In this document: positions 45,881 through 56,500 of the stretch, one piece after another
Numbering within the stretch: position 1 is the first letter of the stretch
Layout of the letters: every line of letters starts with the position of its first letter
Origin: Callorhinchus milii
Lineage: Eukaryota
Direction of reading: 5' to 3'
DNA length: 64,000 bases
Assembly: GCF_018977255.1 (NCBI RefSeq)
Contig: NW_024704742.1
Coordinates: 17,610,001-17,674,000 of the forward strand
The notes under the pieces: model-generated
Database searches by the model: none
The model's input: the letters and a program-made list of their open reading frames with translations, nothing else
Told to the model about the DNA's origin: nothing
Made by a program: the position numbers and the translations under genes

Positions 45881-48554
45881 ATGGGTGAAAAGTGCAGCGT
45901 GTACATTTTAAAACATTCTCCCCCCATTCCTCCCTCATGATTTCTCACGTGGAAAATTTGGCTGAGTTATTCTGAAGAACAGCAGTGATTCAGTCAGTCA
46001 GACACGCACAGCCACAGTCTCTCCCTGGAAACCAGTCTTATTCTAGGAGAGAGAGAGAAAAAAACTGAACCGAGTGACATTGGCAGTGAGGCTGTGCGTC
46101 TTTACTTCCTAACTTTCTTAAAAAAAAGCAAAAACGCCCAAAAAGTAAGTTTAAAAATATGAGAACTGATTTTCACAGGTTTTGTGTGATCATCTCTGTA
46201 ACCTGTGAATTGGTCATAAATCAAATGTGCGTGAGTCATTGCTTGACTGTCTGCATTAGGTTCAGCCACATGCTTACAACTGGTGATGTTTACAATTTCA
46301 GCTGTGTGTGGGGGGGATGAGTATAACCAATTTAAAGCTCCTAATTTTCAACCTCCTTGAATCTGTGATGCCATTAATTCCCCGAGCAATCCATCGACGG
46401 CAGCAATTTGTAGGAGTTAGTTTATTGCTCAAAATTTATAGCATCTTGAGTGAATTTTTACTTGGATGCATTTTCTTCAGTACATGATGGTTTGTGTAAT
46501 TCTGGGATTGGGAAGAGGAAAGGTAAAAGGCCTCAGGCACCACTTGGGAATTTTCCAAAGTTAAAAATTTGCGATCTTACTTGTGAAGACCATGAGATTT
46601 GGGGCGCCTGAAATCAAAAGCCACAGCACAATGCAGGAGAGAAAGCATGACATCGATGGGTTGCGTTTTGTCACCAAGGCATCCCGTGGGCCACTTTGCA
46701 TACCTTGGCTAATTCTTTTCCAGTTAGGCGTCTGACTCTTCCGAAGTAGATAGTCACACATATGGTCATGGCAGCCTTTTATGTTTCTACAATTGCTGGT
46801 AGCATTTTTTTACACACAAGACTCACTCTCTCTGTCTATCTCCCACCCAGCAGTCGGCGACTTAAAAAAAAACACACGCATGTTCCTTGATTGGTTGCCA
46901 GGACAACCATTTTGCATGAGCAGCAAGCTTCATTACAGCTGTTTTTTTGCAAATCAAGTTCAGATTTCATGGAGATGTTATTCTTTTTTGTTTGAGAAGT
47001 GACAATTTCAATATGCTAACAATCCAGATGACTGTATGAATAATTTCATAAAGATTTTAATTATACTGTACTATCTGCAGGTGCCTGATTTGCATAATAA
47101 GAACCATCCTTTGAGTAATGAGACTTAGTTCTGTTTGCTTAAAACATGCGCATGTGGATATCTGTCCCTTATTGTGCCTGCAAGGTCAGCTTATTAATGT
47201 ATCTGCTTAATGGGAACCAGATCACTGGATGTCTTGTGAATTGACTTGTAAGAGCAGGTGCGTAATGTTCCTACAGCTAAATTATCCTTATGAAATATCC
47301 CCCCTCTCTCTCCCCCTCCCCCCATCCCTTCCTCTCCCCATTCCCTTACCCTGCCCCTTTGTCTTCATCAAAAATTAGATGAAGCCCAAAGTCCATTCCT
47401 GTTGCTCTAACAATGCGATGTACTTAATCTCTCTTTTTTATTTTCTGGCCAGTGTTCTCTTCCCCCTCATTATTCAATCCTTACACAATAATAATTTACA
47501 ATAACACCTTGCAATTGTACAGCAACGTTTACTAAAATAGACATCTTGAAGCATTTTATAAAATGTAATGGATTAGAAATGAAAATGTAGGTTGTTCAAT
47601 AAGCAACACTGCAGCCAATCTGTGCCAGTGATGTACAGTAAACAACAAAGTGAGCAGCCAAATCATTTTAATTTGGGAGTAATTTGGGATGAGGAGGGGA
47701 ATATAAACCAGGATAACAGGAAACAAGATTCCAAATTTCTTTGAAATATACAACGCCAAGGAACTCATGTTATGTCAACTAGAATCACAAGGCGTACAAG
47801 CTGATCTGTGTACGGAGGATTTCAGATTTATTCATGGCTGGCCTGCATTTTTTTTAAGTACAGTATTGCATTATCCACACAGCACATAAAACTGTGCTTT
47901 TTCCTAGTCTCTGAAAGGAGATGACTAGCCCTTAACAACACTATTTCACGTCCTCCCGACAGGAGGACGTGAAAGGTACATACAAATGTAATTTTGTATG
48001 GTATTTAAAATTAAGGTTGCCACCTTTTCAGAATTTCCGAAGGTGGACATCTGCTGACTGTCTCAGTCCTTCAGCGAGCGCACTGATGTGATGGATACTC
48101 AGAGACTCTGCTCCTGGCATTGTGCTGAGCATTTCTGTCCAGGTGGTGGATCAGTGCCCGAAACTGGGATTCTGAGCAATTTGCTGGCACTGTCACGAAC
48201 TCAGATGAGCAAGAAGGAGCCACTGCAGGCAAAGCCTGAGGAAACGCTGTTGGGTTTGACATCCTGTCTAATACATGTAGATAAACATATTATAATAATC
48301 AGTTGCATTTTATATAGCTCCTTAACACGTTGTTCAGGAAGGCTCCAAATTTCTTTGAAATATCAATGGCAATTGTAGGTGGAAGGATGGATATGAGACC
48401 CTTGCAGAAGGAGAGTGGCAGAAACCCTACTTGAAAGCCTCCTGTACAGTGTGTCCTCTAAATGGTACGTTCGTCGACCTGTGAGCCAAAAGGTGCTTTT
48501 GCATTTGGTGATCATGGAGCATTCCGCCCTGGAGGGAGGCAAATCCAACAGGAA

Positions 48555-48785
48555 CATCTGACCAATGCAGCTTTCCCCTATCATCTGACCAATGCAGCTC
48601 TCCCCTTTCATCTGGCCAATGCAGCTCTCCCCTATCATCTGACCAATGCAGCTCTCACCTATCATCTGACCAATGCAGCTCTCACCTATCATCTGACCAA
48701 TGCAGCTCTCCCCTATCATCTGACCAATGCAGCTCTCCCCTATCATCTGACCAATGCAACTCTCCCCTATCATCTGACCAATGCA
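48555..48785. repeat. 27-bp minisatellite (CATCTGACCAATGCAGCTCTCCCCTAT), about 8.5 copies
   Basis: Read directly; it yields the MIGESCIGQ / YHLTNAALP repeats in the ORF track. Confidence 0.97.
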
Positions 48786-49778
48786 TCTATGTTGAAGGAG
48801 CTCAGTAAACATGTCCAGAGCCAGAATGCCCCCTCCACCTCGGGTTCTCAGGCAGCTCTATGAAGCATTTTCAGACGTCCTCCTGATGTGAAAGGTGCTG
48901 TACAGTAAAATTGTTGTTTTTTACTAGCCCTATGTGGGGCCTGGCTGAGGAAAACTGTGTAAGCAGAGAAATGTTTAAAAATAACTTGTAAAAAAATGTC
49001 TTAGGGGAGAAAGCGCTCTGTGTGCACAGATGAACCCACGAGCAATGAGTTCATATGAATGCAGAGACTTTTTGAATCTTTTTCAACTTAATTTTTCTTC
49101 CATTACTCCCTGAGGTCAGCAGAACACGTTTATGGTGAACATAAAACTATACAGTGTGCAGAAGCAAGAGAACGAGAAAGCAGGCATTTTGATCTGCAAT
49201 GTTCTGTCCCATGTACCCCTTTAAAGGCCATTAAATTCCCAACTTCTGAGTTACTTTGAATGTGAGAATCACCTCCCATCCTGTTGGCCTATGCCCTCTA
49301 GGAATTGAGTTCAAATTGCCCGCTCACTCTCTAATCTTTTTACACAACATATTTCTGTAAGAGAGAGGAAACTTTCATCACATCAGCCTGGCCAGAATTC
49401 AAACCCAGGTTTTGGGAGGGTGAAAAGACTGCTGGGTTTTTTTCAATTTCTGTTCCTCAGACACAGGATATGGCTTAAATCCAACCTCTCAGAGCCAAGA
49501 CCATTTCAAATGTCCTTCCACTCGGCTGAGATCACCATCTTGTGCGTGAACTATTGTCAGACAGTGTTTGTCTGTGGTGTTGAACTGCACTGTGTTCCTC
49601 CAGAAGAGGCAATGAATAAGACAATCACTGTTCCTAATAGGTGGATCTAAGTTCTTCCGCTGCGATCCTTTTGCTTATTCAGATATTCTAGCCTGAGGTA
49701 TGGAGTAAGAAAGACAAAACTTGCTTTTAAATTCACTCTGTTTGTGCCTTTGTCTTATATTACAATATAATAATCCAA

Positions 49779-49912
49779 GTAAAAGGCAAAATACTTCAGA
49801 TGCTCGAAATCTGAAATAAAATGGAAGTTGCTGGGAACACTCAGCAGGTCAAGGCAGCATCAATGGAGAGAGGAAAGTGAGTTAACATTTCAGATTGATG
49901 ACCTTTTGTCAG
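49779..49912 (-). mobile_element. Penelope-like element terminal repeat remnant with decayed hammerhead motif
   Basis: AAAAGGCAAAATACTTCAGATGCTCGAAATCTGAAATAAAA...ACTCAGCAGGTCAAGGCAGCATC...GTTAACATTTCAG resembles, from recall, an abundant shark Penelope-type terminus. rc CTGACAA-AAGGTCATCAATCT-GAAA-TGTT. Confidence 0.6.
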
Positions 49913-49949
49913 GGGTTATATAAAATCCTTGCATTTCGTCATGGGCTAT

Positions 49950-50100
49950 ATCAAATCCTTACATTTGATATTGCTCTTTTAATGTCAACGAGATGTCTCA
50001 AAGTGCTTCATAGGTTTTTTTTGTAAAGTGTAGTGACTGTATTTGCAGACAAATGTAGCAGTCGATTTACACACAGCAATGTCCCACAAACAACTGCTAT
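49950..50100 (-). mobile_element. DeuSINE 3' tail
   Basis: AATCCTTACATTTGATAT...GATGTCTCAAAGTGCTTCA...CACAGCAATGTCCCACAAACA. Confidence 0.8.
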
Positions 50101-51167
50101 CACAGCACAACATTGCACTCCCTGAGCCAGGTTTGAACCTTGTCTCCTTGTACACTTACAGGTGGGTGTCAGGCTTGAAGATGGAAATAGATTGTTTGAA
50201 TTTAGGAGTGATTCCCTTGCATTAAGAGAAAACTACACTGTAAAATGGAATGGGAGTCATTTGTTTGAGTGGGAAGCTCCAGGGAAACAGTATCAGAAAA
50301 ATATCCTCTCTGTCACTAATCAAATGTCATGTCCTTTTCTTGACATGTGAATATTGAACTCTCTCTTGTTTTACCTTCTGATGAAGTTGTGATATATATT
50401 TTTTAAAAAGTTACATTGGCTTTAAGTGCTTTGAGAAGTCTTACTGGTGTGAAAAGTGCTGTGTAAATGTAAGTTGCACTGTATTTGAAAGATAACTGGG
50501 TGTCAAACTTTTCCTTTGTTTGTGGAGGATGAAATGTCCTGCGCAGCATATTTTGTCACATCTACAATGAGGTCAAGCACTAGTTTGTGATTATACTCTA
50601 CATGAGCCTCCACTCCTCCTAATTCCCACGCCTTCCCTTATTTCTTCCATTGACTATGTGAAGAGCAAAAATAATTAGTCTATATTGCAGCAAATACAAC
50701 ACCTCACAAGATCACAAGTTAGTTTTGATGAAGAATGCCCTTCAGCCCATCTGATCTCACCCCTCCTGAATCTGGACATAACTCGAGTAACATTCATATG
50801 TAGCAGAGAGATATATTGGCCAGTGGCTAGTAAAGGTATCGCTGTTTAATTTCATGGTGTTATGAAATGTTTTCATTGACAAAGAGGTGCTCTGCATATA
50901 ATTTAAATATTCTGATTTTGAATGATATCTGGAGTATAAATAATTCTCTTTGATATTTATATTGAAAGATGTCTTATAGTACTGAGTGTGTTTTTTATTG
51001 TTAGTGCATGAATAATTTCAAGCTTCAATTTAAACTGATCATAAAGAGAAGGCTAGGGAATGAAACACTCCAGTAAGGCTTGGACATCTAAGGTGTATTA
51101 GGGAATGCTATCTCATCAGGATAAGTGACATCGGAATGGAGCATTCCATTAACAGAAACTATAATAT

Positions 51168-52390
51168 CAACAACAAAATTATGTTTGTATAGTGCCTTTG
51201 ATGTCGGGAGGACATCACAAGATGCTGGACAGATAGTATTTCGGACTCGAGCTAGGGGTCGGGATTGGGGAGGGTGGAGGGCAGGGGGATAAGCAGTGTG
51301 ATCGAAAGCACGGTCAAAGAGGAGAGTCTTGAGATGGGGCTTGAAGGAGGCAAGGGAGGGGTCGAGGCGGAGGGACTGCGTAATGAAGTTCCAGAGGGTG
51401 GGGGCAGAGTGGCAGAAAGCCCACCTGCCAATGGTCAATGGGGGCCTCAAACCCGACAAGCGAGGAGTTTGCATAGTCAAACTTTAATGTTATGAATGTG
51501 TGTATGAGGTTTTCAGTGGCCTGCGGTGTGAGACAGTGGCAGAGTCGGGCGATGTTGTGGAGGTGGGGATAGGTGGAGCGGGTCATGGCACAGATGTGGG
51601 TTAGAAAGGATAGTTGAGGGTCAAACAAGACCCCAAGGTTCCGGACTGGCTTAGTAAGGTGTAGTGTGTAACCATGGATGGTGATGCTGTCAGCGCCTGA
51701 GGTGCGGAGGCGCTGACGGGAGCCAATCAGGAGAGCCTTGGTCTTGTTAACGTTCAACTGAAGAAAGTTAGCTCTCATCCAGGACTTGATGTCTGACAGA
51801 CATTCTGTCAGCACGGCAGTGGTCCTGGAGTCAAGGGTGGAGGCAGAGAGGTACAGTTGGATGTCATCCGCAGACACGTGGAAGTTGAGCCCATGTCTGC
51901 GGATGATGTCACCAAAAGGGAGCATATAGATATTGAAGAGGAGGGGACCAAGGACAGAGCCCTGAGGAACTCCACATGAAACGGTGCGGGGGCTAGAGGA
52001 GAAACAGTTTTTGGAGATGATATGGAGGCGGTGTGAGAGGTACGATCTGAACCAGTCAAGGACAGAGCCCTGAAGGTTGAGGTGAGAGGAGAGGTGGTGG
52101 ATAACGATAGAGTGGTCAACGGTGTCGAAGGTAACAGAGAGGTCAAGGAGGACGAGGAAGCCCTGGTCGCAGATGGGCAGAATGTTATTTGTCACTGTGA
52201 CCAGAGCTGTTTCTATGCTGTGGGGGGCACGGAAACCTGATTCGATGGGTTCGTGAAGGGAGTGGCGGGAGAGGAAGGAGCAAAGCTGGGAAACAACGAC
52301 TTGTTCCAGGACCTTGGAGAGGAAAGGGAGGTTGGAGATGGGGCAGTAGTTTGAGATCAGGAATGGGTCAGGGAGGGTTTTTTAAGGATA
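51168..52390 (-). mobile_element. L2 LINE, ~1.2 kb 5'-truncated copy with RT core and an internal deletion
   Basis: Contains ORF 51314-52195; tail (CAA)n AATTATGTTTGTATAGTGCCTTTGATGTCGGGAGGAC. The region between YANSSLVG and the TIGRWAF motif is missing relative to 44720-45364. Confidence 0.95.
51314..52195 (-). pseudogene. L2 ORF2 reverse-transcriptase remnant, 293 aa open stretch
   Basis: LLDLSVTFDTVDH, GVPQGSVLGPLLFNIYM, FHVSADDIQLY (YADD changed to SADD), WMRANFLQLNVNKT, VRNLGVLFDPQLSF. No endonuclease domain. Confidence 0.93.
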
Positions 52391-52579
52391 GCAGTAATTA
52401 AATATAAACTACACTTATTTAGAGCCATTCAAGTAGAATAATGTTTTAAATCTCTTAACAATAGGAGCTGTGGACAATGAACACAAAGTAGGAGAAAATG
52501 TAGATGCGACCTAATGCACAGTCAAAGAGATAATTGTGAAATTAAGGGGAGAGGTAGCAACGTAACAGGACTTTGTAAG

Positions 52580-52980
52580 AAAGCAGCAGCCAATTTATGC
52601 GCAGCAATGTCTCACTAACATGAACTGACTGATAAATTTTATCTGGAGGATAGTTGGCCAGGACACCAGGGGATCGAGGTAGACACTCCAATACAGTGCT
52701 GGGAGCGTGCTGCATTGTCAGAGGTGCCGTATTCAGATGAGCCATTAAGCTGATCGGATTCCAACTATGCCTGTTCAGGTGGACAAAAAAAATCCTATGG
52801 CACTATTCAAAAAGAGAAGGGAGTTTCTCCCAATGTCTTGGCCAGATAAAATTGGTCATTTACTTCATGGCTGTTTGTGAGACATTGATGTCTGCAAATT
52901 GGCTACCACATTCACCTAAACTTGCACAGTCATTAAACTTACAGTGAATCCTGTGAAACACTTTGAGACATCTTTGCATC
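52580..52980. mobile_element. Two DeuSINE fragments back-to-back (52580-52670 on -, 52675-52980 on +)
   Basis: GCAGCCAATTTATGCGCAGCAATGTCTCAC...TTGGCCAGGACACCAGG, then GACACTCCAATACAGTGCTGGGAGCGTGCTGCATTGTCAGAGGTGCCG... Confidence 0.8.
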
Positions 52981-53616
52981 TTTGTATCTTTAATACAAAA
53001 ACACATTACATTTATATATCTTAAGTCTGGCAACTGGATGGAGGGTCAAGTCTGATGGTGGAGCAGAGGGAGTGAGTCATCCGAGCAGTAAATCCAGCAT
53101 CAGAAGAGCAGAGATTGTGAGCTGGGATATGGGATTGAGGATTACATTAATATGGTAGAACAAGACTGTGGACAAATTTCAAAATGAGCATGTCGAAATT
53201 TTTAATATTCAACATTGTTAAATCAGGTGGTTAGGTACAGAAAAAGCTCCTTTCACATGTCTCGCCTTTACCTTAGCCCCAGGTGATTTCCTGCTGCAGC
53301 CCTGGGATTTTTTCTATTTGTTACATCAAACAGCATTATAGCTTCTCTGAGTGCCATTGGTTATTTATGATCATTCAGTGCCAAAATTGTAGTCAATTTT
53401 GTTCGATTGACTTGTGTCAAGTAGGAATTGGATTGAGACTATCCAAGCACATTTCAATTAGAATCCAAGCAATTCAAAGCCACTGTATCCCCAGCAGATG
53501 TTGAAGAATCTTTGACAAGTTAATAGGTTGACAACATTTTTCATAAACGCCAAATTTCCATTAGATCTCATTAGAAAATAAAAGGTCAACCTTCACTGAA
53601 AACAAAAGGTTTGCTA

Positions 53617-54089
53617 CTGAATTCAAGATCCTCATCCTCGCCTACAAGGCCATTCACGGCCTTGCTCCCTCCTACCTCTCCGACCTATCTACCTGCCCGT
53701 ACCCTCAGTTCCTCTGGCTCCATTCTGCTCCACATCCCCCGCCCCAACCGCCCTACCATCGATAGCCGGGCCTTCAGCCTCTCAGCCCCCAGGCTCTGGA
53801 ACTCTATCCCCCAGTGCCTTCGCCTTGCTTCCTCCCTTTCCTCCTTCAAGGCTGGGCTCAAGACCTTTCTCTTTGATCGTGCCTGCAGCTCCCTTCTCAA
53901 CTCTCTACCCCCTCCTGGCCCCCTCCCTTCCCTCCCCTCACCCTGACCATTTCCCCCCTCCTCGCTCCCTCCCTTCCCTCACCTCACCCTGACCATTTCC
54001 CCCCTGCTCGGGCCCTGATCCAACTGTCCAGCGCTTTGGGACGTCCTCCCAACGTGAAAGGCGCTCTATAAATGGAATCTTGTTGTTGT
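53617..54089 (+). mobile_element. Young L2 LINE 3' end
   Basis: EFKILILAYKAIHGLAPSYLSDL, then PARTLSSSGSILLHIPRPNRPTIDSRAFSLSAPRLWNSIPQCLRLASSLSSFKAGLKTFLF; tail GCGCTTTGGGACGTCCTCCCAACGTGAAAGGCGCTCTATAAATGGAATC(TTG)n. Confidence 0.95.
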
Positions 54090-55119
54090 ATCTTTTCTGC
54101 TTGTCTGGTTCTCACAGATTTTTCATATGGATGGGGGAAAAAATTGGATTATTAAAATTTTAACTCTCAGAGTGACAGCAAGACTAACCAGACTCCTAAC
54201 ACTCCTCTGTGGTTCAATCATGATGAATAATAACCACGCAATAGAGGCTACTTCATGCTGGAGGAATCTCCGCCAGTTGAAGGAAAAAGGAGCTAAAAAT
54301 CTGCAAGAGAACTGGAGAGGGTTCTATTTAAATTGTTTCAATTTAAAAACAAATGTCAAAGCATGAACTTGCAATGACAAATATGATTGCTGCCCTTGCT
54401 GGCATAACACAGGGCAGATCTTGGCATCTCCATCTGTTTATAAACAAGGCGAAATGCCTATCGAGACATGTTAACTAGACAACACCTCTTAATGTTCAGG
54501 TCTGCACACAGAACATGAACAGCAATTTGCAGTAATTATTATGATTTCACACATATCAATGCCAGATCTGAAACATCTGCCCATTTTGGCACAGCAAGGG
54601 TGAGAAAATCATCTTGCACCAGAATTAAAGGCCGTGGAGGAACTGGACGTTGATTTTTTAAAATATTTTCCTTTGCAACATTTAATACTTAATGTTGAAA
54701 AGTTAGACTTGCCAAACCTATTGCTAAAGAGGGGGAAATGATTTCCAATGCACTTTTCTTACACTGACAGCACCATCAGTCACCATCAAAAGCTCCCACC
54801 ATCAAAAACATCTTTTAAACTAACATGAGCAAATACAATAATGAATGTTGACTTTTTTAAGGTGCTGAGAAGTTTGTCACTACAATATTTAAAATCAGGG
54901 AATGGTTTTCAAAGGCTTTTTTATGCTACCACTGTGCTTTGGTGTGTGATGGGCAATGGATAGATTTTTTTTAAATCCTCATTTTGCTCCGTATGAGGTT
55001 AGAAAGAGTTTATCGGGAAAACTTCAACGTACATAGTGCATCACAGTGAAAGAGACGACTCAGAACTTAAAGTATACCTCCTTCAGGGGACTTCTTTGAC
55101 TTCTTTGACTTCTCTGACT

Positions 55120-55470
55120 TGCTGACTCCCCACCAACCTGCCCGCTCCCTTCATTCATCAGACTCCGGTCTGCTCCATGTCTCCCGCCCGACCCGCCCTA
55201 CCATCGATGGCCAGGCTTTCAGCCTCTCTGCCCCCACACTTTGGAACTCCATCCCACGCTCCCTTCGCCTCGCTTCCTCTCTTGCCTCCTTCAAGGCTGA
55301 TCTCAAGACCCTTCTCTTCGACTGTGCCTTTGGTCTCCCTCCCACCTCTCTGCCTTCCTTCACCCCTACACCACCCCTCCCCCATGCTCGACACCTGACT
55401 GTTCAGCGCTTTGGGACGTCTCCCGACGTGAAAGGCACTCTATAAATGTAATTTTGTTGTTGTTGTTGTT
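55120..55470 (+). mobile_element. Young L2 LINE 3' end
   Basis: ORF 55119-55445 PARSLHSSDSGLLHV...AFSLSAPTLWNSIPRSLRLASSLASFKADLKTLLF; (TTG)n tail. Confidence 0.95.
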
Positions 55471-56236
55471 CTTGTACATGATATTAATGAGATCTCAGCT
55501 ATAGTGAGATCTGAGGTCAGGTCAAAGTCTTGCTTGTAGGTGTCATATACACAGGGTTGCCTGCAGGACACGCACTTTACACTGAGGGATATTTTCCAGC
55601 GGAAGGCATAACTTACGCTGTCGTTTACCCGGTGAGTGCTTTTTAATTCCCAATGTTATGTGTAAGACAGGTTAAAAACCAGAGGAAAATTCAGTTCACA
55701 CGCCACCAACATTATTCTTTGATCCCAACCTCAGCAGAGTATTGCCCTCTGTACTCTTGCATTTTTTCCATTTTCCCACCCTATGACTTGTTGGCATGAG
55801 ATTGATGATTTACTGCCAAGTGGTGTTGAATTATTCACAGTCTTGTGCTGCGGAAGTGGATTGAAAAGGCCTTAACTTGTTTCAATTAGAATGTATAAGC
55901 AGTTGTAAAATTGAGTGCTCAACATGTATTAAACACCTTCAGGAAAATTAATCTCTTGCCACATTGACATTGAAACAAGTAAACTCAAAATATTCCATAG
56001 TATAGACATGGAGACTGAACGTTTTAAATTTACTCCTTTGGAAAATAATGGGAATAATTCTCCAATTATTGGTAAATTTACAGAACTTTGGGGAGTAAAT
56101 TTTATAATCTATCACCTGAGATTAGCCTACCCTATGGCATTAGTACAAAGCTGTTTTCTCCTGTCGGCACATCAAGAGTTTTTAATATTTTCCTGCTTAC
56201 TGTGATGGACACGGGAACTGCAAAGCATAGGCATGA

Positions 56237-56500
56237 ATAATAATAATCATTGTATTTGATATAGAGCTTTTCACATTAGGAGAACATATTAACACAGTTT
56301 ACAGGATTTACTGTAAACATTCACCAAATGTTTACAGTAAACGTCCTCCCGACGTGAAAGGGGCTCTATAAATGTCATTTTGTTGTTGTTTTCTTGTTTA
56401 CTGTGAAATGTAGTGAGTGTATTTTGTTTTGGTGAATGTGGCAATCCATCTGCATATGGTAATGTCCTACAAACAACCATGAAGTAAATGACCAATTTAA
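56237..56500 (-). mobile_element. DeuSINE 3' half containing a ~55-bp L2 tail insertion (+, 56341-56396)
   Basis: Host tail at 56237-56314 resumes at 56397. Insert ACGTCCTCCCGACGTGAAAGGGGCTCTATAAATG...TTGTTG, flanked by TTTACTGT on both sides. Confidence 0.85.

Noticed and set aside
48555..48785. CRISPR-like array (also 7731-7838)
   Set aside because: Units are contiguous with no unique spacers, there are no cas genes, and the DNA is eukaryotic.
48363..48863. Repeat proteins (MIGESCIGQ)n and (YHLTNAALP)n
   Set aside because: Translations of a 27-bp minisatellite with no gene context.
51314..52195. Longest ORF as a functional reverse transcriptase or novel RT system
   Set aside because: Ordinary L2 ORF2 remnant: 5'-truncated, no endonuclease, YADD changed to SADD, internal deletion.
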